Below are positions 18,623-28,980 of a stretch of DNA of 64,000 bases, one piece after another (within the stretch, counting starts at the first letter, position 1; the number at the start of each line of letters is the position of its first letter). The position numbers were made by a program, and so were the translations under genes. Below the pieces are notes generated by a model. The model saw nothing but the letters and a program-made list of their open reading frames with translations, did not search any database and was not told where the DNA came from. The DNA is from Candidatus Latescibacterota bacterium (GTDB lineage: Bacteria; Latescibacterota; UBA2968; UBA8231): contig OZ220089.1 in assembly GCA_964291625.2 (NCBI GenBank), positions 3,968,001 through 4,032,000 of the forward strand. Reading direction: 5' to 3'.

Positions 18623-20152
18623 ATGGATTCCCGGATGCCACAAAGGATGCAGGCCGCGATCCTGGGCCGGCTGATCCTGGCCGCCCTCGCCCTGGCCGGC
18701 TGCGGCTCGGAGCCGGAGCGCCCCATCGGCCCCGACCCCGGCCCTGGCGACAGCACCGGTGTCGCCCTGGTCTTCGCGGACCCGGCGCTGCAGTCGGCAG
18801 TGGAGCAGGCCGCGGCCGAGAGCGGCGACGCGGCGGGGCTGGTCTCGCTGACGGCCAAGGAGCGGGGGATCGCCGATCTGGGCGGCATCGAGCAGCTCAC
18901 GGGTCTGGAGGTCCTGGACCTGTACGGCAACCAGATCCGGGACCTGTCGCCGCTGGCGGAGCTGACGCGGCTGCGTTACCTCGACCTGGGGAGCAACCGG
19001 GTCGAGGAGGTGTCGGCCCTGGAATCGCTGAAGGGCCTGCGGGTGCTGCTGCTGGCCGACAACGCCGTGACGGACGTGGCGGTGCTGGCCGGTCTGGACA
19101 GCCTGCAGAGCGTCGATCTGACCGGCAATCCTCTGAGCGCTTCGGCGGCCGAGGCCCAGGTGGCGGCGCTGCGGGAGCGCGGCGTCGACGTCGACTTCGG
19201 GGCGCCCGAGGAGCCCGGGGGCGGCGGGGTCGTCCTGGGGGACCTGCCCATCGTCTTCGCCTCGGGCCGGCGGACCGGGGACAGGGCGGTCCCCGAGGTC
19301 CATTCCCTGGACCCGCAGACCGGCGTGGTGGTGAACCTGTCCGAAGGCCTGGCCACGGCGCCCTTCTCCGATGGCTCGGAACCGGACACCACGGACTGGA
19401 GGTACCTCGACGGCCGGATCGTCCCGGTGAGGCGGGGCGACCAGCCGGCCCAGTCGCCCGACGGGCAGCGGATCGCCTTCACCTCGAATCGGGACTTCAA
19501 CCTGGAGATCTACGTGATGGATGCCGACGGCGGGGCCCCCAGGAACCTCACCCTCCACGAGGCCTGGGACGAGGATCCCGCCTGGTCGCCCGACGGGCAG
19601 CGGATCGCCTTCACGTCGGACCGCAACGGCGACGTCGAGGAGTTCGGGGGACGCTTCAACACCGACATCTTCGTCATGAACGCCGACGGCAGCGGCGTGG
19701 AGCAGGTGACCTCCGATCCCCTCAGCCGGAGCGCCAGCCAGCCGGCGTGGTCGCCGGACGGGTCGTCCATCGCTTTCGGCAGGGCCGGCGACGGGATCTT
19801 CGTGCTGGAGTTGTCCAGCGGCGAGGCCTGGAACCTCACGGACGCCGGGTGGGCCCCTTCCTGGTCTCCTGACGGCCGCTGGATCGCCTACATGAGGACC
19901 GTGGAATTCGAGGAGAGCCATGTATGGAGGATCCCCGCCGCCGGTGGAGAGCCCACCCAGCTGACTCTGGGCCGGTTCTTTCGCAGGAGCCCCACGTGGT
20001 CCCCCGACGGCGCCCGCATCGTCTTCGCGCGGGAGGACCGCGTGGAAGGGGTTGCCTACGACCTCTACGTCATCCCGGCGGAGGGGGGCCCCGGAGAGCC
20101 GATCACCGACGATCCGAACCGTGACACGGACCCCTGCTGGGCGCCTTTCTGA
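18623..20152 (+). CDS. Lipoprotein with internalin-like LRRs and PD40/TolB-like beta-propeller (paralog A)
   Basis: Lipobox LALAGC; LEVLDLYGNQIRDLSPL repeats; multiple PAWSPDG repeats. Confidence 0.88.
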   Translation: MDSRMPQRMQAAILGRLILAALALAGCGSEPERPIGPDPGPGDSTGVALVFADPALQSAVEQAAAESGDAAGLVSLTAKERGIADLGGIEQLTGLEVLDLYGNQIRDLSPLAELTRLRYLDLGSNRVEEVSALESLKGLRVLLLADNAVTDVAVLAGLDSLQSVDLTGNPLSASAAEAQVAALRERGVDVDFGAPEEPGGGGVVLGDLPIVFASGRRTGDRAVPEVHSLDPQTGVVVNLSEGLATAPFSDGSEPDTTDWRYLDGRIVPVRRGDQPAQSPDGQRIAFTSNRDFNLEIYVMDADGGAPRNLTLHEAWDEDPAWSPDGQRIAFTSDRNGDVEEFGGRFNTDIFVMNADGSGVEQVTSDPLSRSASQPAWSPDGSSIAFGRAGDGIFVLELSSGEAWNLTDAGWAPSWSPDGRWIAYMRTVEFEESHVWRIPAAGGEPTQLTLGRFFRRSPTWSPDGARIVFAREDRVEGVAYDLYVIPAEGGPGEPITDDPNRDTDPCWAPF

Positions 20153-20181
20153 GTCCCGGGTCGATTGAAGGGAGTTCCCCC

Positions 20182-21726
20182 ATGACCACGTCCAGGATCG
20201 CCCCCCTGCAGAGAACGCCCGCCGGGATCTTCGGCCGGCTGATCCTGTCCGCCCTGGCCCTGGCCGGCTGCGGCTCGGAGTCGGATCGCCCCATCGGCCC
20301 CGGGCCCGTCCCCGGGGATTCCACCGGTGTCGCCCTGGTCTTCGCGGACCCGGCGCTGCAGTCGGCGGTGGAGCAGGCCGCGGCCGAGAGCGGCGACGCC
20401 GCGGGGCTGGTGTCGCTGACGGCCAAGGAGCGGGGGATCGCCGATCTGGCCGGCATCGAGCAGCTCACGCGTCTGGAGGTCCTGGACCTGTACGGCAACG
20501 AGATCCGGGACCTGTCGCCGCTGGCGGAGCTGACGCGGCTGCGCTACCTCGACCTGGGGAGCAACCGGGTCGAGGGGTTGTCGGCCCTGGAGTCGCTGAA
20601 GGGCCTGCAGGTGCTGCTGCTGGCCGACAACGCGGTGACGGACGTGTCGGCCCTGGCCGGCCTCGACAGCCTGCAGAGCGTCGATCTGACCGGCAATCCG
20701 CTGAGCGCTTCGGCCGAGGCCCAGGTGGCGGCGCTGCGGGAGCGAGGCGTCGACGTCGACTTCGAGGCGCCCGAGGAGCCCGGGGGCGGCGGGGTCGTCC
20801 TGGGGGATCGGCCCATCGTCTTCACCTCGAGCCGGCGCACCGGCGAGGACTGGGATCTCGAGGTCCATTCGCTGGACCCGAAGACCGGCGTGGTGGTCAA
20901 CCTGTCGCAAGGCCTGGCCACGGCGCCCTTCTCCGATGGCTCGGTACCGGACACCACGTCGGACTGGAGGATCCTCCCGACCGGCCACATCGTCCTGGTG
21001 AGGTGGGGCGAGGATCCGGCCCAGTCCCCCGACGGGACGAGGATCGCCTTCACCTCGAGCCGGGACGGCGACCGGGAGATCTACGTGATGGACGCCGACG
21101 GCGGGGCTCCGGAGAACCTCACCTTCCACGAGGCCTGGGACGAGCAACCCGCCTGGTCGCCCGACGGGGAGCGGATCGCCTTCGTGTCGGACCGCAACGG
21201 CGAGGTCGAGGAGTTCGGGGGCCTGCGCTTCAACACCGACATCTTCGTGATGGACGCCGACGGCGGCATCGTGGAGCAGGTGACTTCCGATCCCCTAAGC
21301 CGGAGCGCCGACGAACCGGCCTGGTCGCCGGACGGGTCGTCCCTCGCTTTCAGAAAGACGGGCGCCGGGATCTTCGTGCTGGAGTTGTCCAGCGGCGAGA
21401 CGCGGAACCTCACGGACGACGGGTGGGCTCCTTCCTGGTCTCCCGACGGCCGCTGGATCGCCTTCATCCGGACCGTGGAACGCGAGGAGAGTCACGTCTG
21501 GAGGATCCCCGCGGCCGGTGGAGAGGCCACCCAGCTGACCCTGGACCGGTTCTTCCGGACGAGCCCCAGCTGGTCCCCCGACGGCACCCGCCTCGTCTTC
21601 GCGCGGGAGGATCGGGAAGGGGGCGGCGGCTACGACCTCTACCTCATCCCGGCGGAGGGCGGCGCCGGAGAGCCGATCACCGACGATCCGGGCGTGGACC
21701 GGGCCCCCTGCTGGGCGCCATTCTGA
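20182..21726 (+). CDS. Lipoprotein with LRRs and PD40/TolB-like propeller (paralog B, tandem duplicate)
   Basis: Same architecture; long near-identical DNA stretches with 18623-20152; both end PCWAPF. Confidence 0.88.
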   Translation: MTTSRIAPLQRTPAGIFGRLILSALALAGCGSESDRPIGPGPVPGDSTGVALVFADPALQSAVEQAAAESGDAAGLVSLTAKERGIADLAGIEQLTRLEVLDLYGNEIRDLSPLAELTRLRYLDLGSNRVEGLSALESLKGLQVLLLADNAVTDVSALAGLDSLQSVDLTGNPLSASAEAQVAALRERGVDVDFEAPEEPGGGGVVLGDRPIVFTSSRRTGEDWDLEVHSLDPKTGVVVNLSQGLATAPFSDGSVPDTTSDWRILPTGHIVLVRWGEDPAQSPDGTRIAFTSSRDGDREIYVMDADGGAPENLTFHEAWDEQPAWSPDGERIAFVSDRNGEVEEFGGLRFNTDIFVMDADGGIVEQVTSDPLSRSADEPAWSPDGSSLAFRKTGAGIFVLELSSGETRNLTDDGWAPSWSPDGRWIAFIRTVEREESHVWRIPAAGGEATQLTLDRFFRTSPSWSPDGTRLVFAREDREGGGGYDLYLIPAEGGAGEPITDDPGVDRAPCWAPF

Positions 21727-22570
21727 TCGTCTCCAAGGCGATCGTCTGTCCGCCCACCTCGAGCTTGCAGGCATACACCCCGGCGGCCAGGGCCCTGCCC
21801 TTCCCGCGGTCATCCCACACGAACCGATGGCTGCCGGCCGGCAGCGGTCCGTCCCACAGCTGCCGCACCCGGTGACCCACCGCGTTGTAGAGGGCCAGGT
21901 GGACCCGCTCCCCGTCGGCCAGGTCGAGCGGAATGACCAGGGGACGGCCAGGCCCCGGGCGAGGCTGCGCCGGCGTCGAATCATCCCGCGTCTGCCCGGC
22001 GGTCGCCGGCTTCGGCCCGGCCTCCGGGCAGGGGGTTGAGGAGCAGGTGCAATGCAGCCGGAAAACCTCGCCCTCGTCGTCCTCGTAGGTCGTGCAGTAC
22101 CGGTACGGCTCGGTGGAGTCGCGCTCCGCGCAGTCTTCGAAGTAACCGCACTCGATCACTTCGGTGAAATCCAGGCAGGGGACCGACTCCTGATCGTCAG
22201 CAGGGGCTGTCGTGTCGGCCTCCGCACAAGGGGTGGAGGAGTACCAGCACCCTCCCGTCCTGTAGAAGTTGCACTCCCAGTCCAGGCCATGGGTGCAGTA
22301 GCGGTACTTCCCGAGAGAATCCGCGGGCGCGCCCTCGAAGCAGGGGTTGGGGGTGGAGCTGGAGGCGCAGACGGTCCAGGTGCTCGGGCACCATACGACG
22401 GCTTCCGACGTGTCCGCCGCCGATTCCGCCGTGGTCTCGGCCCCGGACTCCGTCACGTGGAGCATCGCGAGCCCCGCCAGGAGACTTGCGATCCAGGTGG
22501 GCCCAGGCCTCTGCCGTGGTGCTGGAGCCAGGCCCCCGGGCGAATCGATGGACTGGCGCGATCCGTTCAT
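21677..22570 (-). CDS. Secreted Cys-rich protein with C-terminal FlgD-Ig-like domain
   Basis: Hydrophobic signal-like segment; two 7-Cys modules sharing YRYCT and SSTPC; C-terminus VHLALYNAVGHRVRQL..AGSHRFVWD..AAGVY. Confidence 0.65.
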   Translation of the reverse strand: MNGSRQSIDSPGGLAPAPRQRPGPTWIASLLAGLAMLHVTESGAETTAESAADTSEAVVWCPSTWTVCASSSTPNPCFEGAPADSLGKYRYCTHGLDWECNFYRTGGCWYSSTPCAEADTTAPADDQESVPCLDFTEVIECGYFEDCAERDSTEPYRYCTTYEDDEGEVFRLHCTCSSTPCPEAGPKPATAGQTRDDSTPAQPRPGPGRPLVIPLDLADGERVHLALYNAVGHRVRQLWDGPLPAGSHRFVWDDRGKGRALAAGVYACKLEVGGQTIALETIRMAPSRGPGPRPDRR

Positions 22571-22738
22571 CTTCCTGTCTCCCCTGGCCAGGTGGGATGC
22601 CCGGCGGCTGCATCCGGGCGGCTGTCAAGGCAGACCTACCGCCAAGGGTAGACTTGGTCAAGGAGGAATCGGGATGGAGCGAGGGCCCGGGGCCGCACCG
22701 CCCTATCTTACCCGGCCACTGCCGAAGAGAGGAAGCCA

Positions 22739-23947
22739 ATGAACAGCCAGACGTCGGGCCGGCCGGTCTTCCGCAAGCCGCCGCCCGAGGGGGTCGTGGA
22801 GGTCCTTGGCATCGGCCGCGAGTGGAGCATCGCGGCCCTCGAGGACGGCTCCCTGCTGGCGGCGCGCAGGCAGCGCTGCCGCCTCTCCCGTGACGGGGGC
22901 GAGACCTGGTCGGAGGAGCAGGACCTGCCCGAGCCGGTCACCGCCTCGGGGCTGCTGCGCCTGAACTCCGGCGCCCTGGCCGCGTTCTCCGACCAGATGC
23001 TGTGGCTCTCCGGCGACGAGGGCCGCACCTGGGGCGAGGGGCGGGCGATCCCCATGCTCGGCAGCCCCTACTACGACACCTTGGTGCAGCTGTCGAGCGG
23101 CCGCCTCCTCTACCCCAACCGGGCGTGCTTCGCCAACCAGGGGCATCCCGACCTGCCGCTGGAGTACGTCCGCAGCTACGGCCTCTGGAAGGGGATGCGC
23201 CGCCAGGTGTCGGGGCACTACCACTGGCCCGAGATCGACATCGCCTCGGTGAGCATCTCCGACGACGAGGGGCAGACCTGGCGGATCTGCGAGGGCGAGC
23301 TGATGGGCTGGTTCGACGAGCACGGCGTGCCCAACGGCCAGGGCGGCGTCACCGCCTGCGACGAGCCGAGCGTGGCCGAGACCCGCGACGGGCGGGTGCT
23401 CTTCCTGGCGCGCTCCACGGTGGGCCGGCTGGTGTGCAGCTACAGCCGCGACGAAGGTTCCACGTGGTCGGCGGTGCGCCCCACCGAGCTGGCCGCCTCG
23501 TACTCGCCGCCGGCGCTGACGACGGTCCCGGAGACCGGCGACCTGCTCTGCGTCTGGAACCAGGTCTCCCGCGAGGAGATCCGCCGCGGCTACCGCCGGG
23601 GCCGGCTTTCGGCGGCGGTCTCCCGCGACTCGGGGGCGACCTGGCAGGGGTTCCGGACGATCGAGGTGAGCGCCGGCCTGGAGGACGTGGAGCGGGTCCC
23701 GGCGGAACACCCGGTGACGCCGGTGGTCGGCCTGCCCGACCTCGGCCAGCTCCCCGACGACTTCGCCGTCTTCCGCTACCCGAACGTGCGCGTCATCGGC
23801 GATCAGGTCTTCATCCTCTACGCCCGGGAGTGGTTCGAGCTGGCCGCCGGGGCGAGGTCGGGCTTCGAGGACGAGCGCGACGGCGGGGTGGTCCTGGGCC
23901 ACGAGAACGTGCTGCGCCGCTACCCGCTCGAACACTTCTACGAGTAA
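22739..23947 (+). CDS. Sialidase-like BNR/Asp-box protein
   Basis: Asp-boxes SRDGGETW, SGDEGRTW, SDDEGQTW, SRDEGSTW, SRDSGATW; EPSVAE; FRYP. Confidence 0.85.
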   Translation: MNSQTSGRPVFRKPPPEGVVEVLGIGREWSIAALEDGSLLAARRQRCRLSRDGGETWSEEQDLPEPVTASGLLRLNSGALAAFSDQMLWLSGDEGRTWGEGRAIPMLGSPYYDTLVQLSSGRLLYPNRACFANQGHPDLPLEYVRSYGLWKGMRRQVSGHYHWPEIDIASVSISDDEGQTWRICEGELMGWFDEHGVPNGQGGVTACDEPSVAETRDGRVLFLARSTVGRLVCSYSRDEGSTWSAVRPTELAASYSPPALTTVPETGDLLCVWNQVSREEIRRGYRRGRLSAAVSRDSGATWQGFRTIEVSAGLEDVERVPAEHPVTPVVGLPDLGQLPDDFAVFRYPNVRVIGDQVFILYAREWFELAAGARSGFEDERDGGVVLGHENVLRRYPLEHFYE

Positions 23948-23953
23948 GTCCCC

Positions 23954-25513
23954 ATGAACCTGAATCTGCCGAAGGTTGCCGTATCGGACCGCGTCAGCCT
24001 GTCGCGGCGGATCCCGGCCGGCGAGCGGACCACCATGGCGAGCCTGGAGGGCCCGGGCTGCATCCGCCGTCTGTGGGTGACCGACGGCCGCCGCGGCAAC
24101 GGCCGGCAGGTCGTCATCCGCATCTACTTCGACGACGAGCCCGTCCCCCACGTGGAGGCGCCTTTCGGCGACTTCTTCGGCGTGATGCACGGGCTCCCCT
24201 GGTACCCGATCAACACGCCCCACCTCTCGGCGCAGAACTACAGCGGCTACAACTGTTACTTCGACATGCCCTTCGCCCGGGCGGCGCGGATCGAGATGGA
24301 CCGTGGGGCCGGCGACACGCCGATCTTCCTCTTCGTCGACTGGCACCGCTTTCCCGGCCAGGAGCTGGAGGAGCCCCGCCGCTTCTGCGCGCGCTGGCGC
24401 AGGGAGGCGCCGGCCGAGAGCTACGGGCAGGACTTCCTGCTGTTGGACGCCGACGGGCCCGGCCGGCTGGTGGGGTTCGTCTACGGCGTGCGGCTCTACG
24501 ACGACACCGACCGCTGGAGCCACGGCGGGGCCGACAACATCTACATCGACGGCGATGGCGAGCACCCCGCCTGCCTGCGCGGGATCGGAGGGGAGGACAC
24601 CTTCGGCACGTCCTACGGCGGAGCCCTTCACACGCCCGAGACCCATCTCTACACGGGCATGCCGTACTACACCCACGCCGACGTGGGCCAGGCCCGTCCG
24701 GCGCAGCGGCTGGTGGGTTACCGGTTCTTCGACCGGGACACGATCGAGTTCCGCAAGTCGATCCACGTGCGCTTCGGTTCGATGGAGAACGACATCTGCG
24801 CCACCTCGTACTGGTACCAGGAGGGGCCGGTGCGGCCTTTCTTCGAGATGCCGGACTGGCCCCTGCTGCAGCCGGCCGAGCGCTTCGAGCCCCCCTGGGG
24901 GGAGCTGCCCCGGGGGACCTGCGACCTGCCGCTGCCCGACACCGGAAGCTGGTGGCTCTGCGGTCCCTTCTGGAACCGCGGGGACCGCGCCATGGAGGCC
25001 GATCTGCCCGCCGAGACGGAGCTCGACCCCGAGGCGGCCCTCGACGGCGGCCACGACGACGACTCCCCCTGGCTGACCGAGGGCTCCCGCGAGCTGGGGA
25101 GGGACGAGGCCCACTGGCAGATGCGGGAGGCCCTCCGCGGCTTCGTGGACTTCAACCACGTCTTCCGTCCCCACATTTTGGGGACACCGGGAAACAGCGG
25201 GGAAGCGGCGGCCGTCGCCAGATGTGTGCTGGAGGTGGAGGAGGAGACGCCGGCGAGCCTTCGCCTGGCATGGGATGACCGGCTCGTCCTGCGGCTGAAC
25301 GGAGGCGACCCGATCGACCTGGGGCACCACGACGCCTTCCGGTCGCGGACGGTCCCGGTCGATCTGGGGAAGGGCCGGAACATCATCGTGATGAAACTGA
25401 GCAACACCGTGGGGTCCAACTACGGCGGGTGGGCCTTCGCCTTCCGTGCCGGCTTGCCCGACGGCAGCGTGGTCTTGCCCCGGGCGGAACGAGCGAGAGA
25501 GGGAGCCGAATGA
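23954..25513 (+). CDS. DUF2961 (GH172-like) protein with C-terminal beta-sandwich
   Basis: LEGPGCIRRLWVT, IYFDDE, PFGDFFG, NCYFDMPF, GIGGEDTFG, SYWYQ. Confidence 0.85.
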   Translation: MNLNLPKVAVSDRVSLSRRIPAGERTTMASLEGPGCIRRLWVTDGRRGNGRQVVIRIYFDDEPVPHVEAPFGDFFGVMHGLPWYPINTPHLSAQNYSGYNCYFDMPFARAARIEMDRGAGDTPIFLFVDWHRFPGQELEEPRRFCARWRREAPAESYGQDFLLLDADGPGRLVGFVYGVRLYDDTDRWSHGGADNIYIDGDGEHPACLRGIGGEDTFGTSYGGALHTPETHLYTGMPYYTHADVGQARPAQRLVGYRFFDRDTIEFRKSIHVRFGSMENDICATSYWYQEGPVRPFFEMPDWPLLQPAERFEPPWGELPRGTCDLPLPDTGSWWLCGPFWNRGDRAMEADLPAETELDPEAALDGGHDDDSPWLTEGSRELGRDEAHWQMREALRGFVDFNHVFRPHILGTPGNSGEAAAVARCVLEVEEETPASLRLAWDDRLVLRLNGGDPIDLGHHDAFRSRTVPVDLGKGRNIIVMKLSNTVGSNYGGWAFAFRAGLPDGSVVLPRAERAREGAE

Positions 25514-27204
25514 CGAGTGGGAGATTACCGACGGAGAGCCGGAACATCCGGTGGCCGGCGGACCTGGAGACGGATGAGTACGACGGCTGGTACATGGGAC
25601 GCGGCCGATCGGTGAAGAGGGCGGTGAAGGCGGCCATCGAGGGGGACCTGGAGACGATCCGAGCGTGCGTCGAGGCGGAGCCCGAGCTGGTGGACTGCAA
25701 CATCCGCTACCGCGAGCCCCTCTACTTCGCCGTGGGGAACGACCATCTCGAGGTCGCCCGCTTTCTGATCGAGAGCGGGGCGGAGATCACCTACAAGTCG
25801 GGGAACCGCTCTCACCAGCGGCCCATCGAGCGGGCGGAAGACCGCGGCTTCGCCGAGATGGCGGAGCTGCTGAAGAGCAGCCTGGAGAGACGATACGACG
25901 TGCTCTACCGGCCGGAAGGGGAGGAGCTCGCAGCGTTGATCCGGGAGCGCGACCTGGCCGCTGTCCTGGAGCACCTGGATCGGTCCCCGGAGTCGATGCG
26001 GGCCGTGGACGAGCGGGGCAACCAGCCGATCCACTGGGCCGTGCTGGTGAAGGACGTGCGCATCATCCGGGCCCTCGTGGAGAGGGGAGCAGACCTCGAA
26101 GCCCGACGGCCCGACGGGGCGCGGCCCATCGACCTGACCCCGGGCGACTACTTCCACCGGGGCCGCCACCGGGCCGACTTCCTCCGCGGAGTCCTCATCG
26201 GCCTGGGCGCCGAGTGTCCCGTCGAGCACGCCGCCGCCCTCGGGGACATCGGGCTGGTGAAGGAGTGCGTGGAAGCCGACCCCGCCTGCGCCGGCCGGGT
26301 GCCCGACTACTTCACCTGGTACACGAGTTCGTGCCTCGACAACGCCATCAGATCCGGCGACGCGGCCGTCGTCCGGTATCTGCTGGAGCACGGCGCCGAT
26401 CCCAACCTGCGCCAGCCCGGGCACGCCCCCCGTGGCAGCGCCCTGCTGGGCGCCGTGGCAAAGGGCGACATGGAGATCGTCGAGCTGGTCCTCGAGGCCG
26501 GCGGCGATCCCAACCAGGAGGTGGAGTCCTCCGGGAATGTCTGCGGCTGGGCGAAGGAGGATCCGCAGTTGCTGCGGAGGCTGGCGGATCGGGGCGGCAA
26601 GCTGGGCGATTACGATGACCTGAAGGGGGTCGGGCCGGAGGTCCTGAGGATCATGTTCGGCCAGCTGCCGCTGAAGTATTACGTCGCCAACGACGACGCG
26701 GAGGGGCTGAGGACGCGCCTGCGCGAAGACCCCGGGTCGGCGCGCGGGATCTTCCCGCAGACCATCGGCAACAAGCCGCTCATGGCGGTCTGCCTCGAGG
26801 CCGATGCCGCCCTGCTGCGGGACCTGTCAACCGACGTGGTGAGACGGCTGGCGAGAGACGAGAGCCTGAAGGACTACGGCGAGCCGGCCCTCGCCCAGTC
26901 GGACCTCTCGCGGCCCGACTGGATGGGCATCACCCAGCTCCACGACATCGCCGCCTTCGGAACGGTGCCGGAGGCCGAGCGCTTCCTCGCCCACGGCGCG
27001 CCCCTGGAGGTCCTCGACGAGGAGTACTCCAGCACGCCCCTGGGCTGGGCCGCGAGGGAGGGCCGCACCGAGATGGCCGCGTTCCTGCTGGAGAAGGGGG
27101 CCGATCCACAAGGCATGGGGACCTTCCCGTGGGCTGCGCCCCTGGAGTGGGCGCGGAGGCGGGGGCACGAGGAGACGGCGGCGGTCATCGAGCGGCGGCT
27201 GTGA
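25510..27204 (+). CDS. Ankyrin repeat protein
   Basis: EPLYFAV, QPIHWAV, LLEHGADPN, TPLGWAAREG, LLEKGADP; ATGA overlap with the upstream gene. Confidence 0.85.
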   Translation: MTSGRLPTESRNIRWPADLETDEYDGWYMGRGRSVKRAVKAAIEGDLETIRACVEAEPELVDCNIRYREPLYFAVGNDHLEVARFLIESGAEITYKSGNRSHQRPIERAEDRGFAEMAELLKSSLERRYDVLYRPEGEELAALIRERDLAAVLEHLDRSPESMRAVDERGNQPIHWAVLVKDVRIIRALVERGADLEARRPDGARPIDLTPGDYFHRGRHRADFLRGVLIGLGAECPVEHAAALGDIGLVKECVEADPACAGRVPDYFTWYTSSCLDNAIRSGDAAVVRYLLEHGADPNLRQPGHAPRGSALLGAVAKGDMEIVELVLEAGGDPNQEVESSGNVCGWAKEDPQLLRRLADRGGKLGDYDDLKGVGPEVLRIMFGQLPLKYYVANDDAEGLRTRLREDPGSARGIFPQTIGNKPLMAVCLEADAALLRDLSTDVVRRLARDESLKDYGEPALAQSDLSRPDWMGITQLHDIAAFGTVPEAERFLAHGAPLEVLDEEYSSTPLGWAAREGRTEMAAFLLEKGADPQGMGTFPWAAPLEWARRRGHEETAAVIERRL

Positions 27205-27369
27205 CCGGAAGCCTCGAGCCGGCGGTACCTCTCCGGAGGCGCCGGCCCCGGTGCATGGACGCCGTCGCCGACCGGGACACGGTGCCGGCGAACAACCAAC
27301 CAGACCGGCGGATTCAGTGAAGCCGAAGCCCCCCGCCTTCCCGGCCGCCCTGGCCTGAGGACCACCGGG

Positions 27370-27846
27370 ATGCGCCTGCCCGCCGGGAAGCTCAGAGTTC
27401 CTGCCGTCTGTCTGATCCTGTGTCTTGTGCTGGGCGGCGCCCTGCGCTTCGTCGGCCTGACCCGCGGGGACAGCTCCTTCGTCCCGGCGGGGCCAGACCG
27501 CGCCGCGGGCGAGGACGCCTTCTACCACTTCCATCCCGATGAGACCACGCTGGTCCAGACCGCCCTGAGACCGGTCGACCCCTTTTCTCCCGAGCTCACC
27601 AGCTACGGCCTGCTGCCTGTCCATCTGCTTCGCGGGGTCCTGGAGTTCAACCGGATCGTCCTCGGCCGTGACTACGAGGATCAGGACTCGACGGAATCGG
27701 TCCGGTATGTCTACCTGACCGCGCGCACCCTGGCGGCCCTGGTCTCCTGTCTGACCCTTGGCCTGGTCTGGCTGCTGGCTCACCGCTGGTTCGGTGAGGT
27801 GCCCGCACTGCTCGCCGCCGTGGTGGTCGCCGTGGCCCCCCTGGTT
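27370..27846 (+). pseudogene. Truncated GT39/ArnT-like membrane glycosyltransferase (N-terminus only)
   Basis: GGALRFVGL, FHPDE, YGLLP, ARTLAALV; homology stops at VAPLV where a minus-strand remnant begins. Confidence 0.7.
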
Positions 27847-28367
27847 ACCAGTGGGACAACCGATCCTCCAGAGCGACGAACCGTTCCTCCTCAATGTGTC
27901 CGAGGAGCCCATGTGAAGTGCCGCCCCACAGACGCCCTGTCCGGTCCGTGCACAGCCCTGTAACGATCTCGCGATCGTCCCCGGCGAGTTCGGCGATCAC
28001 CAGGGATTCCGAGCCCGCCCCCTTTGGGAACCTTGCCTGCCGCGTCGCCGACCCAGAGCGTTCCCTGCCGGTCCACCTCCATTGCGCAGACCGCAGGCCC
28101 GTCGTCATCGGGCGGATCCTGTCCTCTTCATGGCAGGCGATCCCTTTGCCGGTGCCGAACCGTGAGAGAGGGAAGGCCGTCCGACAGCTGGAAGTTCTCG
28201 AAGGCCTCCCCGTCGAACCGGCTCACCCCGCCGCCGGCCGTGGCGATCCAGAGCAGGCCTCGCCGGTCCTGGTGGACGTCCTCGATCAGCATGCCGGCCA
28301 AGCCGTCCTGGAGGTGTACTGGCGGGCGCCGGTGTAGCCGAAGGGTGTGGTTCCTCTCGGCTTCATG
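27845..28367 (-). pseudogene. Frameshifted two-component regulator propeller (Reg_prop) sensor remnant
   Basis: Fragments QDGLAGMLIEDVHQDRRGLLWIATAGGGVSRFDGEAFENFQLSDGLPS, EVDRQGTLWVG and VTGLCTDRTGRLWGGTSHG in different frames. Confidence 0.75.
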
Positions 28368-28649
28368 GGCAATGCTCGCTATCCCCGTGGCGGTGGTGGA
28401 GGCCGATCCTCCCGGTCGAGGCGGAAACCTCCAGCCGCCTGCCCGAGCCCCACGCTATGTAATCAGGGTGGACCTGCAGAGTGGATCAAGGACTCGCTCC
28501 GAATCAAGGCCCATCTCTCGACCTTGGCCTGACACAGGCCTCTCGCGCACCTGAATGGACCGGGGCAGAGGAGTCTCCAAAAAAACAACAGGAGGGATAC
28601 GGACAATTCGTTTGAGCTTACAATCCGAAGATCCTGTTGGCCATCAGTC

Positions 28650-28977
28650 ACTTACGGTTGCTTTCCCGTATTCATACGTTCATACCGTACGACCTATCGG
28701 ATTTTCCGGGTATCGCCAGTCGCGGCCAAGTGTCAAGTTCCTCTTTGCTTTTCGGCAGTGAGAGCCCTCTATTTCTAAAGTCATGAGGGCGGCCTGTTAC
28801 GTGCAGGGTGAATCCAGTCGAAGCGATGGAACGTCATCATCTGGGGACTCATCGTCAGATTCTGACGAGACGTACGTTGAGATTTCGTTCTACGATGCCG
28901 CCCGGGGTAGATTCCCTGACTCATCTACGGTCATTTCCAACGCGTCCTCCTGGGGAGAATTCAAGAGCGGAGAGTAA
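28650..28977 (+). pseudogene. C-terminal remnant of the LPLxVGNSWTY paralog family, with WG-K tail
   Basis: TYVEISFYDAARGRFPDSSTVISNASSWGEFKSGE aligns with AYVEISYWDAIWGRFPDSRTDSNSSSWGSVKAG of 29315-30133. Confidence 0.7.
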
Positions 28978-28980
28978 CTC

